Shown in pieces: positions 12,831-25,367 of a stretch of DNA of 64,000 bases (position 1 is the first letter of the stretch; every line of letters begins with the position of its first letter). A model generated the notes under the pieces. It ran no database searches. It saw only the letters and a list, made by a program, of their open reading frames with translations, and was not told where the DNA came from. The stretch is taken from the NCBI RefSeq assembly GCF_006345805.1, contig NC_043006.1, forward strand, positions 76,570,001-76,634,000, given 5' to 3'. The stretch comes from Octopus sinensis (lineage: Eukaryota). The position numbers and the translations under genes are program-made.

Positions 12831-13040
12831 CTTTATTTTAAGCAGCAGAAAATTCAACAAAATCTGTTACTCTGAGTTTCTCGTTGCCGTTCATCAGACA
12901 GTTTTTGCTGAACGGCAACGAGAAACTCAGAGTAACAGATTTTGTTGAATTTTCTGCTGCTTAAAATAAAGCATATTACTCTACCACTGGTATTTGAGTA
13001 CTCTTTTTTCCACCTTGTTTCACATTTATGTGTTTACTCC

Positions 13041-13042
<2 letters not shown>
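12831..13042. mobile_element. family E element in fold-back arrangement (63-bp perfect arms 12831-12893 and 12909-12971)
   Basis: Arms are exact reverse complements with a 15-nt spacer; (TA)n on both sides; homologous to 8271-8421. Confidence 0.9.
12857..12908 (-). ncRNA. minimal type-I hammerhead ribozyme motif
   Basis: Stem I CUGU/ACAG (extended by AAAA/UUUU); core CUGAUGA; stem II A-CG-GCAA-CG-A; GAAA; stem III ACUC-A-GAGU; GUA cleavage triplet. Confidence 0.7.
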
Positions 13043-13099
<57 letters not shown>

Positions 13100-13793
13100 C
13101 AAAGCATTAAATACATCCTCAAATACTGTAATAGTTCCCTTTTCTCAAAGAAAGTGGTTGTAATATAAATAAATTCCGTGAAAAATATTAAATGTTAACC
13201 GAAATAAATATTGTAATTTTCAGTAACATCTGTATACGTATTAAAGAGAGGATTCGGAACGGTAAAGGAAATATATTCAAAAATCGATAATATCATAGTA
13301 ATATTCGTTTAAGGCTACATATGTGTTGAATGATACGAACAATCTTGAGTTTGAATAGCGAAGCCATTTCTACACGGAATATGATATTTTTCAAAAGACT
13401 AATAGGTATAACATTTATATATTTACCATTACATTGTATCTAGTATTTGCAAGTACAAGGTGAGAGTTATTGAAAGAAGCAAAAATAGTTATGTTTGCAT
13501 CGGTGAATAAACCGTATTACAATTTAATATATACAAGCGATATCAAATTAATTTTTTTTTATGATCTTGTATTAGAATAGTATAAATAATAATTTTGGTG
13601 ATACAATATTTTTATTTATCAACAATATCTCACTGTAATTTAATATTGTTCGTGAATATATGGTCTACCTGAAGAGCCTGTCATGAATATTCCATGATGG
13701 AGTTGCTTCAGGTTCACTACATGATCTGATATCAAATCACTTGTCTAACAACTCCGTAGTATTATCAAATCTGGTGGCAGTAGTGAACCAAAA

Positions 13794-13862
<69 letters not shown>

Positions 13863-14213
13863 TATATGGGTGGTGTATATGTATATATATATATATGAAA
13901 GTAATTCCAGCAATATGAGGCAAAGAATTATTTCTCTTAAGAAAGAAACACAACGTACTTTTATGAGAAAACCAAGAAAACATAAAAATGTGGTCGTGAA
14001 TATGAATTCTATCTGCTGTATTATATAAGCGAATATGAGCATGCTTTATTTATTGGTTATGAACAATATAACCAACGGAAATTTTCAACACACCTACCAT
14101 AGCTCCAAGCGTCACCGATAATTCCTTTACCGTTTTTAATATCTTTTTTTATATACACATATCGCTTCACGATGACCACAGTAACATCTTGAAATAGTGG
14201 AAACATAACTAGG

Positions 14214-14318
<105 letters not shown>

Positions 14319-15258
14319 ATTCATACACAATTTTCTCTGCTGCTATCGCCTACTCTCCTTTGCTAGCCCTCTGTGGTGAACCAATGTGTTTTACAAATCT
14401 AACCCTCTTACTGTTCCTCTTTAAAAGCTTTTCTATTTCCCGTCTTTTTTCCTCGCTTCCTTCCCGTTTATTGCAATGTATTTTTTCTATATCAAGGTAA
14501 TATAAGTTTTAGCAGAGCTGTTGCTGATTATGCAAATATACATGTGAGTTACAATAATTAAAACGTCAAGTAATTTTCATTAATTTCAATGGCGACATAA
14601 AACAAAATTTTAAACACCATCAAATTGTGGTCGTGACCAAAAGTAGCTCTCCCCTTTCTGTTTCGAAATGCTGCAAATTCCTAAAAAAAAGAATGGGCTT
14701 GTTCATATACGTTATGATCTGGTTATCAAATATAATTTGTTCTAGTCGAATTAATTGCGACATACATTCAGTAATTCCAGTTAAATTCAATTATGGCAAA
14801 TGTAATCTTTAGCTTTGTTGTGAACTCCCGCATCGGTCATATGTGTGATCGCCTTAACCGGAACAGGATTGACATTCATTTGATGACAAGGCTCTCACTA
14901 TACGAATTGCAAAACAACTTGTCAAAGTGACCTATACATATAAACATGATTATATTATTTTGAGAGGAAGAGAAACAGAAGATGAATTTCTAAATCTAGA
15001 TTGGATATTGTAATTTTTGACAACTGATGGACAATCTTCCGATGTCCACTCCTTATCAAGCCTTTTTATACACACATCATTTCTGTGTCCCGTAAATAAA
15101 TAAAGCATAGCACACAAATTCTGAAAATGCATTGCGCATGGATTTGACGTCGCAATGTTTGCTGATACAGAAAAATAACAGTGACAGCGAGGTTCTTTTT
15201 GCGTTTTTCATTCATGAAGATAACCAAGTTTTCCAGTCAGGGTGACAGGACGAAAAGG

Positions 15259-15493
15259 TTTCTTAATTTTTATTGCCCACAAAAGGCTAAACATAGAGGA
15301 GACAAACAAGGACATACAAAAAGATTAAATCGATTATATCGTCCCCAGTGCGTAACTGGTACTTTATTTATCGACCCTGAAAGGATGAAAGGCAAAGTCG
15401 ACCACGGCGGAATTTGAACTCAGAACGTAAAGACAGACGAAATACTGCAAAGCATTTCGCCCGGCATGCTAACGTTTCTGACAGCTCGTCACC
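15259..15493 (-). mobile_element. SINE family A, full length
   Basis: Aligns end to end with 9473-9701. Confidence 0.9.
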
Positions 15494-16319
15494 TTCATCA
15501 GGTTTGCTACAATCATGTGGCTGTTGCAACCTCAAAGTGCCAAACTCAAAGGACACAGGTGCCTCTAGGATATATTTGCTAACGCATTGTTGCAGCTTCA
15601 ACTGTCGCCCTTCTATACTTGGAACAACACGGAAGGCTGGTGAACGAAATAACGTGTAATTTGCATAGGTTTTGTTGTGTTATTGGAAGAATATTGTAGA
15701 TGCCTCCTAATATCAAGTAATCTACAAATTTCTGTTCCCAAGGTGGGAAGCTCAAGTTCATTTCAAGGCCTTCGAGGTGACAATAGCAAAATGTGCCCCA
15801 CCTACAAGGATATGATTTTTATTGGATTTCTGTAGAAGCATATCCAGTGTAATCTAACATTTGAGAAGTTCCTATATTTCAAGCATACGTGAACTTTTGG
15901 TTTCTTTTGACATCCACTTAAACGGCGAGAAGCCACACAATATACTTTAGCATTAGTTGAAGTGTCGGCAAAATTTATTGAGTATTTCAAGCATCACACT
16001 CGAAAGATACAACCAGGCGTGGAGGTAAACTGTATAGATGCATTCTACATTGTAGTCTTCATCAACAAAAACAAAATAATGCCACCCATAACGAAATAGC
16101 AACACGTTTTAAAAGAAAGATTAAATGATATTGATACATTCATATCATGTATCAATAAGTACTAACACTGCAGTTAATTTCCTACGTTTTGCAAAGAAAC
16201 AGCAATGGCATTCCGTTAAACGAAATATATCATATATTACCATTAGGAGCAAAACTGAGTCATTTCTAGTTACTGCTAAAGGTGGACAACGCCGAGTATT
16301 CTATATTGTATATACATGT

Positions 16320-16340
16320 ATGTGTGTGTGGGTTCATATA

Positions 16341-16388
<48 letters not shown>

Positions 16389-16567
16389 TATATATACATG
16401 CATACATATATATATACATATGTACATACATATATATATATACATACATATATCCATACATATATATACATACATATATATATACATACATATATACATA
16501 TATATATATATACATACATATATACATACATACACATATACATACATACACATATACATACACACAT

Positions 16568-16625
<58 letters not shown>

Positions 16626-16640
16626 GTATATACATATATG
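16320..16640. repeat. long compound (TA)n/(TACA)n/(CA)n microsatellite
   Basis: Direct inspection; source of six spurious ORFs. Confidence 0.95.
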
Positions 16641-18066
16641 ATACCCACAGAAATTCACACACTTGCGTACACACGCCTCTATACACGTACAAATCGCTTC
16701 GATACATTCATATATCACAAAACATATTCATTTTTAATTCTATAAAACCCAAGTCTTAGTAATTTGGCCTTTGCCATTATAAATTTTTGAACCTTCTCTG
16801 AAAACTTTTTATATCTACACTTTCATTAACTATGTTATTCAAACACCACTTGTAGCGTTATAAATATTAAATTCTATTCTTTCGATTTCTAAGAGAAGGA
16901 AGGACGAAATTTCATAAACCTATTGATTGTCAATTATATTGTGAAAAATATATTGCATATTTATTTGTGTTTATAGCACTCTTTCACAGACAATTTTGTG
17001 GAGTCACCTGAAATAACGTTTGAAAAACGATGCACAATTGATATTTAATTTTATAATTCTTGTATCGATTATTCTGGAAATTTAAAACCGAATCTATATT
17101 TCGCACGTACGGATCGGTGTCAAAGTGGAACATCGCCACAACGGAGTTAATTACTGATCGTTTGAAGAAGCATTACTTTTTAGTTTGTTTAATCATAAAT
17201 TCATATAACTTTAGTTGATTTGATATTCTGTATAAATTCATACGCAATATATTAACTATACATCTACTTTCCTGGTTTTAAATCTACTTATTTCCGGCCT
17301 ACATCTATACTCTATTCAGAAAACATAATTTATGTTTCGTATGTTATAAATGTTTGATAGCATATAAATATATTTGAAATGCAATTATTTTGAATTCCTT
17401 ACAGAAATAACGCTCAAGCAGATAATATATTTTATTTCATATTACACATTCTTTTACATTGTTAAGCGTTAACTTTCGTAAATCTCCCAATGAATTCACT
17501 CGTATATACTATATTGGAATGAGCTTAATATTATTTTATCACTCTGAAACTCATTATATTTTATTTCCATTTTTTCTATTTTTCATTTTACTGGAGAAAT
17601 CTCTCAAGACATTTGAATTTGTTAAATGGAGTTCAAAAGCGAAAAACATCACTTCTTTTTCAGTTGGAGAAAACCAACTAAGTATAAAGCTGCAATCCAT
17701 GCATATAAGGAAGCGCGTTGAAGCATTGCGACCTGTGACGTGACCAAGCAAATAAGTGGAGAATATAAACGTCTATTTTAATGCACAACGGGTCGCTTGC
17801 CCATTATGTTTCCTTTTTTAGATACTGAAATTCAATATACTAATAATCTACTCCCTTGCTGGTTTCAGTCATTCGACTATGTATACCGTAGTGCACCCAA
17901 ATATTTGTAATCGTTTGTACTCATATTACTCCGGTGATTATGCTAGTGACCTCCATTTACAATAAGATAGACTATATACTTATTCCATAAAAGAGCACGG
18001 CATCAGTACATATATATATGTACAAAACCACACTCACACACACACATAAATATTGATACATATATG

Positions 18067-18105
<39 letters not shown>

Positions 18106-18256
18106 GTGTATATATATATATGTATATATGTACGTATAATATATACGTTTGTGTATTTATATATGTATATGTACCTATATATATGTACACAAACACACAC
18201 ATACATACACACACACACACACACACACCACACACACACCATATATATATATATAT

Positions 18257-18313
<57 letters not shown>

Positions 18314-18322
18314 ATATATATA

Positions 18323-18472
18323 TCTGTAAAATAATATGTGTCAATTTTCCAATAGCCAAGATAAAAATCTGAGTTTCGGATGCCGAGGTGGAAATCCACA
18401 ACACCACATCGGCATCCGAAACTCAGAGTTTTATCTTGGCTATTGAAAAATTGTCACATATTATTTTACAGA
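18323..18472. mobile_element. family D 150-bp palindrome (64-bp arms, 3 mismatches) between (TA)n tracts
   Basis: Arms 18323-18386 and 18409-18472; contains ccGAAACTCAGAGTtttatc. Confidence 0.85.
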
Positions 18473-18785
18473 TATATATATATAGTAGTAATTCTGAAAG
18501 CTAAAGGAGAAATAAAAACCTTTATCCTTTTCAACTTTGTACCCTGCAAGGTTTCAACAATGTTTACGCAATCGAACTTAATTAAATCAAATTACTACTA
18601 TTTTTGCGGTTTGAGTTTTGGCTGCTCTTTTCAAGTGAGTCGAATGACCTGTAAGGGTCTTTCCTTAATATTTTGTTGAATATATTATATAATCTGTGAC
18701 TATTTCTATTTTCTCACTTGACCGCTGGCTGCAGAAAATTTTTCTTGAATTTTTTCTTGAATTTTTTGCTACCCTATATTGATAA

Positions 18786-18839
<54 letters not shown>

Positions 18840-18841
<2 letters not shown>

Positions 18842-18970
18842 TAAAAACGGTAAGATAACAAAAGAAAGAAAGAGACCTCAATATTATGAAAATAGAGGAT
18901 ATTTATCTGTAAAATAATATGTGACAATTTTTCAATAGCCAAGATAAAACTCTGAGTTTCGGATGCCGAG
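18840..18970 (-). mobile_element. family D arm fused to the truncated 3' end of the CR1 RT
   Basis: Identical in reverse to 18409-18472 and homologous to 27093-27228; abuts (TA)n. Confidence 0.85.
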
Positions 18971-20310
18971 ATGCTGTATGTCTTCGAAGAGATAAGGAGA
19001 AGAGGCTTGAATCCCGTACTCCAATATAGGTCTCACGAGTGTGACATAGAGCGGTAGGAATATGGCTGCTGTGAGCATTCCGAATGACCGTCGAATCAAG
19101 AACAGAACTCCGCGAGCTTTGTTGGCAGCATGGAGGCACTGGGCCGAAGGCGAAAAGGAGGAATCTACCAAGATACCCAGGTCCTTTACCTGGTCGATAC
19201 TCTCCAGCAACAGACGACCCGGCTCGAAATCAAGTTGAGTTGCAGGAAGAGAGCCAACAGGCAGATGACAGCACTTTGACACGTTCAGAAACAGGTTCCA
19301 TTCGTTAGACCATCTCCAAATATGGTGGAGGCATCGACGAAGATCCTCTATATCACCGCGAGGAGCGACCAGTTTGACATCGTCGGCAAATAGAAGGGTG
19401 TGTTGCGTGAGGTCGTCGGGCAAGTCATTTATGAAGACTAAGAACAATAAGGGCCCAAGCACTGAACCTTGAGGCACGCTACTGCTCGCACTGGAGACAT
19501 CGGACCGCGAACCATTAACTTGGACTTGGAAGGAGCGATCTGAGAGGACGGCACCAACCCATCGTACAATATCCGGATGGAAACTATATGCTTGAAGCTT
19601 GACAAGTAATATGCGGTGGTTTACCGAGTCAAAAGCTTTGGCAAAGTCCAATAAAACGATGTCAACAGCATCACTATCATCGAGGATGCGCGTCATCAAT
19701 TCTTCCATTACCAGTAAGTTGGTCAAACATGATCTCTTCGGCACGAAGCGGTGTTGGGAATCAGAGATAGAGGCTGTGTTTTGGAGTTGGAGCATCATAC
19801 TTTTCTTAAGGTTGGTTTCGAACATCTTGCTGATTATTGATGTAAGGGAAACCGGTCGGTAGTTAAGAGGGTCTTCGCGGTTCCCTTTCTTGAAAATTGG
19901 GCAGATTATCACCGTTCTCCAGTCCGAAGGTATAACACCCATCGCCAATGACATATTGAATAGACGTGTTAAGGGCTCGCAGATGACCAGAGCCAACGCT
20001 TTGATAACCCGTGGGTGTATGCCGTCAGGGCCGTGACCCTTGTTGACATCGAGCCTTGAATAACGCGTTCGACTTCGTCCCGCGTGATGACCAATCGAAG
20101 CATTGGAGGTACCGATCTATCAAATGGAGGGGGTTCACGACCATCGTCTTGTTTGAAAATATTGAAAAAGCCACGGCAAATAATTGACTCTGTTGATAAG
20201 GGTCCTCAATCGATACGCCTGTTGAGTCTACCAACGTTGCAATTTGGTTGTTCAAGCGGGAATTCCGTTGGACATGGACATACCAGATGTTCAGCATTTG
20301 TAAAATCCTG
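18967..20310 (-). mobile_element. CR1-clade non-LTR retrotransposon ORF2 fragment (reverse transcriptase), truncated at both ends
   Basis: 354-aa ORF 18932-19996 with NYRPVSLTS, LDFAKAFDSV, PQGSVLGPLLF, FADD, VKDLGI and LVRPILEY. Upstream linker (KGHGPDGIHP) continues across frameshifts near 20056 and 20160. Confidence 0.95.
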
Positions 20311-21708
20311 AAGATGTCTGTCGTGTAGCATTTAATAGGATGTTGTGGTGACTTGCTTTGATAGGAGACGATTATGTATTTTATTCTTGAAAAGTAACTC
20401 ATTATAGTGACGCCCATTATTGGACGATGTGTTTGATCTTTCAGTTAATGGATGCAGTGTATACCTAGCTAGTTTTGTTCGGAATGATTGTGTTTTATTT
20501 GTATGGTTTCATATAGAATGATGTGAATAAATTTCTTAATTATTTTCTGTGTAAACTGATACAAAATTTTAAAGGGTTTTTTAAAATTAATTTAAGATAA
20601 TTAAAACAAGTTTAAACTGCAAATTTGACTTTGTAGCAAAATTTAAGAGTCCTTAAAAGGCATGATTGTTGTCATGAATATCTTTTTCAGCAAATATCTA
20701 AATTTTACAAGCTAAAAACAAAAAAAGAATGTGGTTTGGACATATAATTATGTGAGTTAATCTGGACTTGAAAATTAAATTTGTATTTTTTTTTATTCTT
20801 TGATGCCAAATAAAAATAATGGAAAAAAATTCATTGGAAGGAAACCTTTTGAAGATCCTTAATTGATGTCTGGGCTTACAGTGAATCACTTTGCATACAC
20901 AATTATGCGTAACTGATTTTGGCAACAAATCAGTTGGCGATATCGTTACTGCAGTCTTGATTATAGAAGGGTTATGCAAGAAAAAATAAAATAAAATCCG
21001 AAACCTCAAAACCGTTTAACTGCTATGTGCCAAAAAATCCCTTAGGTAATGAGGTGAAATTAGTATTTAACTGAGCAATTTTTAAACTATTAGAAATAAA
21101 TTTCTTGCAAGTTTTGGTACTGTCAACAAAATATTCAGAAATAGATTGATTAAAGTCCTTTGAAACAGATTTTGAATATTTGTAGTTTCGATAAGAATAT
21201 GTTAAATAATTCAGTTGAAATTTGCGAAGCTAACTGTATCGTGTCTTTGTTGATCTGACTTATGTGCCTACTTATATTGCTGAAATACCATTCACGCCAA
21301 AGCTTCTATACTTCCCTCCAATGATAGAATACCATAGTTATATTTTGGAATGTTGATTAATATTCATGAAATATATTGTGATAATGGAAAAATATTCCAA
21401 TCACACAATATACGAAGATACAAAGTTCAACAAAAGCAGGTGAAATCCAATAGAAAATATCGTAAATATTGAATACAAATACAAGGAACCAGGTACTCAT
21501 TCTCTTCAGTATAAGGGTGTCAGAAAATCAGTTACTCATATATGTGTGTGTGCACGTTATATGCGTGTGTATGTGCATCTTCGTATATGTGTACTTGCTT
21601 GTATATAAGTATGTATATGCATAAATTAATAAATAAAACATATGCATATATACATACATATATGTATGTACCTACCTCTACATGTATATATACACGCATA
21701 TATGGGTA

Positions 21709-22340
21709 CAGGACACCAAAAAAACGTCGAACACAATGAGAAGCGAAAATATAAACACAAAACCAAGGAACTGGACATTTTTCTTAAACAACAAATAACA
21801 GAATACAGGACAAATAACACAAGGAAAATTCCTCTTCTTCAGTCGCCATGGTTTCATCTACTCTGCGTTCCGAAGGTGAAGGCGATACGCCTCTTCAATA
21901 GAAACTTTCCTTCCCGCGAAAAGCAAATTAAAAAAAATTGAGTTCTTTTTGCGGAGGGGTAAAAATGGTAACAAAAAAAGGATAGTAACGACAGTACAAA
22001 ATATAAACAGCAAAAGACAGGACTAGGAGAATAACGAGGCAGGAAGAGCTGTTAAGCCGAACGAGAAAAAGTATTACGAACGCTATTTTTGAGAACGGCG
22101 AAGGAGCAACAGAAAATGCCGTCCACACTTCAAGGAAGTGAGGCCAGAAAGACAGTAGCAGACTCTCGTCGCGGGTCAACGACGGGAGGGAGAAGGAGGA
22201 GCAAGAGAAAGGGAGAGAAAAAAGGGAATGGTTGTGAGGAAACCAGAAAGAATGAAGAATGAGAGAGGGAGAGACAGTAAGGTAGAAGAAAAAGAAACCA
22301 GAAAGAATGAAGGCTGAGAAAGGAAGGGGACAGAAAGGTC
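21709..22340. mobile_element. purine-rich interspersed repeat, possibly Penelope-like terminal region
   Basis: Starts next to a microsatellite; minus strand has ctgaagaagaggaattttcctt. Family assignment is from memory only. Confidence 0.35.
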
Positions 22341-22425
22341 AAGAGTGCGCATCATTATTAATATCAAGAACAATCTTACTTAGAAATGGATTCGTGCGTT
22401 CCATATATGTATATATATTTATTTA

Positions 22426-22466
<41 letters not shown>

Positions 22467-22602
22467 TTGTACAGTGCATTTTAAATGTACGATACTTAAC
22501 GGCATTTCGAACTTTATGTACATATACATAGATACATTACATATATTTTTGTCCATAGTCAGAAAGTTCACTGATAAATATAGGAACTCGAAAATAAAGT
22601 TC

Positions 22603-22953
22603 AGGAGAGGAGCGGCCTGTTTCGCCCGTTCCGAGTTCGAGAGTAGATCGAGGCCGTCAACGTCCCAAGAGCCTCCAGTCGTTCGGTTTACCGGACGGAA
22701 TTGCGTGTTGTTCTCCCGCTGGCGTCAGCTATCCTGAGGGAACTTCGGAGGGAACCAGTTACTAGACGGCTCGATTGGTCTTTCGCCCCTACACCCGTTC
22801 CCGACGATCGATTTACACGTCAGAGGTGGTTCGGACTTCCACCAGAGTTTCCTATGGCTTCGTCCCGACCGGGCGTGGATCGCCATCTTTCTGGTCCCCG
22901 GCCTCCTGCTACACCTGAGCCGGAGCGGGAACGCGACGACGCGCGCAAACGCA
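22603..22953 (-). rRNA. 28S rRNA fragment (dispersed rDNA pseudogene)
   Basis: Conserved LSU motifs on minus strand: gaaagatggcga, gacgaagccataggaaactctggtgga, ggggcgaaagaccaatcgagccgtctagtaactggttccctccgaagttccctcaggatagctg. Confidence 0.93.
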
Positions 22954-23314
22954 TTACATAATCGGATTATACTCTTTATTGAAATACGTGTAACATGATG
23001 TAATTAAAATAAATTATTACGCAGACGAAATTTTTAAGAAAAATGTAGTTGAAAATTTCACAGAACATAAAAAATGAACTGAACGCAGATATAATAAAAG
23101 AATCAAACCATATATTTACAGCAGAAAACTCGCACAACTGCAGTAGGAGGTGCAGAAAGAAACCGCTTTCCTTAGACTATATTCTCTTATGATTAGGCCC
23201 CACTCAAGCAATTTCATGACAAAGAAACTAATCTGCAATTAAGAACCATGAATTTGCTAAAGAATTATTGATTTACGAAAATCACTGTAATAACATTAAT
23301 AAATTCGATCGTTG

Positions 23315-23735
23315 TCTAATTAAGAAGTCGCCTTGCAGCCACGCAGCTTCGAGTTCGATTTCACTGAGTGGCATCATGGGCAAGCATGTTTTATTACCTC
23401 TACGGGCCGACCAGCACCTTGTCAGTGAATTTATCACAAGGAAAATATGTGGAAGCCAGCTGTGTATGTATATGAGTGTGTACGTGTGTGTGTGTGCATA
23501 TGTGTATATTCGTGTGTGTATGTATATGTTTGTGTATGTGCTTCCTACCAAATCTTGGGCTTCGGTGTTGGTTTGTTTATGTCTTGTAACATAGCAGATC
23601 GGCCAGAAAGGGTCAATAGCTTAAGGAGTAGTATATTTTCGAAAGCAAATATGTACTGGGATCGATTTGGTTGACTAAAACCACTGGAGGTGGTGCCCTA
23701 GCATGGCTCCGGTCCTGTGATTACAACTGGTAGAA
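23315..23735 (+). mobile_element. old SINE family B-like copy
   Basis: gagttcgatttcactgagtggcatcatgggcaag...gggccgacca, internal microsatellite, gggatcgatttggttgactaaa...tagcatggc. Confidence 0.65.
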
Positions 23736-24329
23736 TTTAGAAGACAAATGGTAAATAATGGTAAAGTTACTAAGAATTGAAAAAGAATTGTGGAAAAAGT
23801 ATCCTGAAAGCCTTGATTAGGGTCCCGACGTTTCGTGTTCTTATAAAAACTGAAGGAACGTGGCAATAAGTGTGTGAACCCGGAAGGGGAATATTGTTGA
23901 ATAAAATCACAATTAATTGGTCTTCCTGTATTTTCTTCACCCAAAGACAAGAACTTTCCAGCAAGCCTAAAAGACGAGTGAAGGGGGAAAATTGTCTGCA
24001 TTCTATGAATGTGGGTCATGAGAAGAATGTCAAGTGAAAGACTTACTAATTACAAGAGAAACTTCTCGTAGCGTTATTATTGTGGTCATCTCGAAAAACG
24101 GGATGTTTCTGAAACCAACGTAGGAAGAAGTAAGTCATATTCCTGTACTAATGCATAATCAAACAAAAGTGAACCATAACAATAAACTTGTGATTTCATT
24201 CGCTATCACTGATGCTAAAACGATTCACATGCTATGCACACGCACAAACCTATATATACATATACACACACAGCTACAAACACACATGTATATGGGCGTG
24301 GATTGGTAGTGTATTGATATAAGGTTATA

Positions 24330-24600
24330 TATATACAGAGAGAGAGAGAGAGAGATAGATATATATATATGTATGTATAGAGATATATATGTATGTATAT
24401 ATGTATATATATGTATATGTATATATATATTATATATATATATATATATTAATATATATATATATATGTGTGTGTGTGTATACATATATATGCCTATATA
24501 TGTATGTATACATATATTTATATATATATGTATATATATATATATGTGTACATATATATGTATATATATATATTATATATATATATATTATATATATATT

Positions 24601-24650
<50 letters not shown>
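24330..24650. repeat. compound (AG)n/(TA)n microsatellite
   Basis: Direct inspection. Confidence 0.95.
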
Positions 24651-24653
<3 letters not shown>

Positions 24654-25367
24654 TTATACAGACGTACGTGTATACAGAGAAAGAGAGAGAAAGAAAGAAA
24701 GCTAACTAGTCTCGTTCTATTCTGATGCATCCAATGCATGCATATGTGTAAGGTTGGGTATGCATGTGTGGGTATGTGTGAATAATTGTGCGTTTGTATG
24801 TGTATAGACACACACGTATGTCCTTGACAATATGAGAAATATAGGAGATATCAGTACCAAATGGCGAACAATTCTGAAGGCTACATACGACACTCAGTGA
24901 AAAGTTTGAGTACAATGAATTCTGAAGCCTTCTATACTTGCTGTACGAAATTATATAAATTATAGATAAATATTATATGAGAGAAAGTTGCAGGTGCAGA
25001 AAAGAAATATACACGTTATTAATCTTACAAACAATACAATATTACGAAACCACTAATTCACAATATTTATATTTATTCAAAATGATACAAGAAGAAACTA
25101 TTGAATCTGCGCATATATTTATGAGAGAAAATAATCATTTGTGGTCTTATTGTATTCTTTATAAATTAGTGTAGTTTCATCTGGTTAAAGCTAAAAAGAA
25201 ACTTATAACAACTACTTAAGCAAGGCATTTTTTCGTCTGATGTAGAAAGTATATAATTTCTGTAGTATCAAACAGTACAAATAGTGTTCTATATCTTATG
25301 GGAAAGATGTTATAATACATAGAAGGGGAGACATTCTAATCGTTTCACAACACACAAATATATGTAA

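Noticed and set aside
19084-19862. Plus-strand ORFs 19084-19308 and 19599-19862
   Set aside because: Antisense shadows of the CR1 RT
20315-20345. CTGAAGA at the 5' edge of the CR1 fragment
   Set aside because: No downstream GAAA or NUH; compatible with chance
21928-22373. Hydrophobic minus-strand ORFs suggesting membrane proteins
   Set aside because: They arise from pyrimidine-rich low-complexity sequence
23740-24070. Possible piggyBac transposase C-terminal relic
   Set aside because: The resemblance is too weak and fragmented to support
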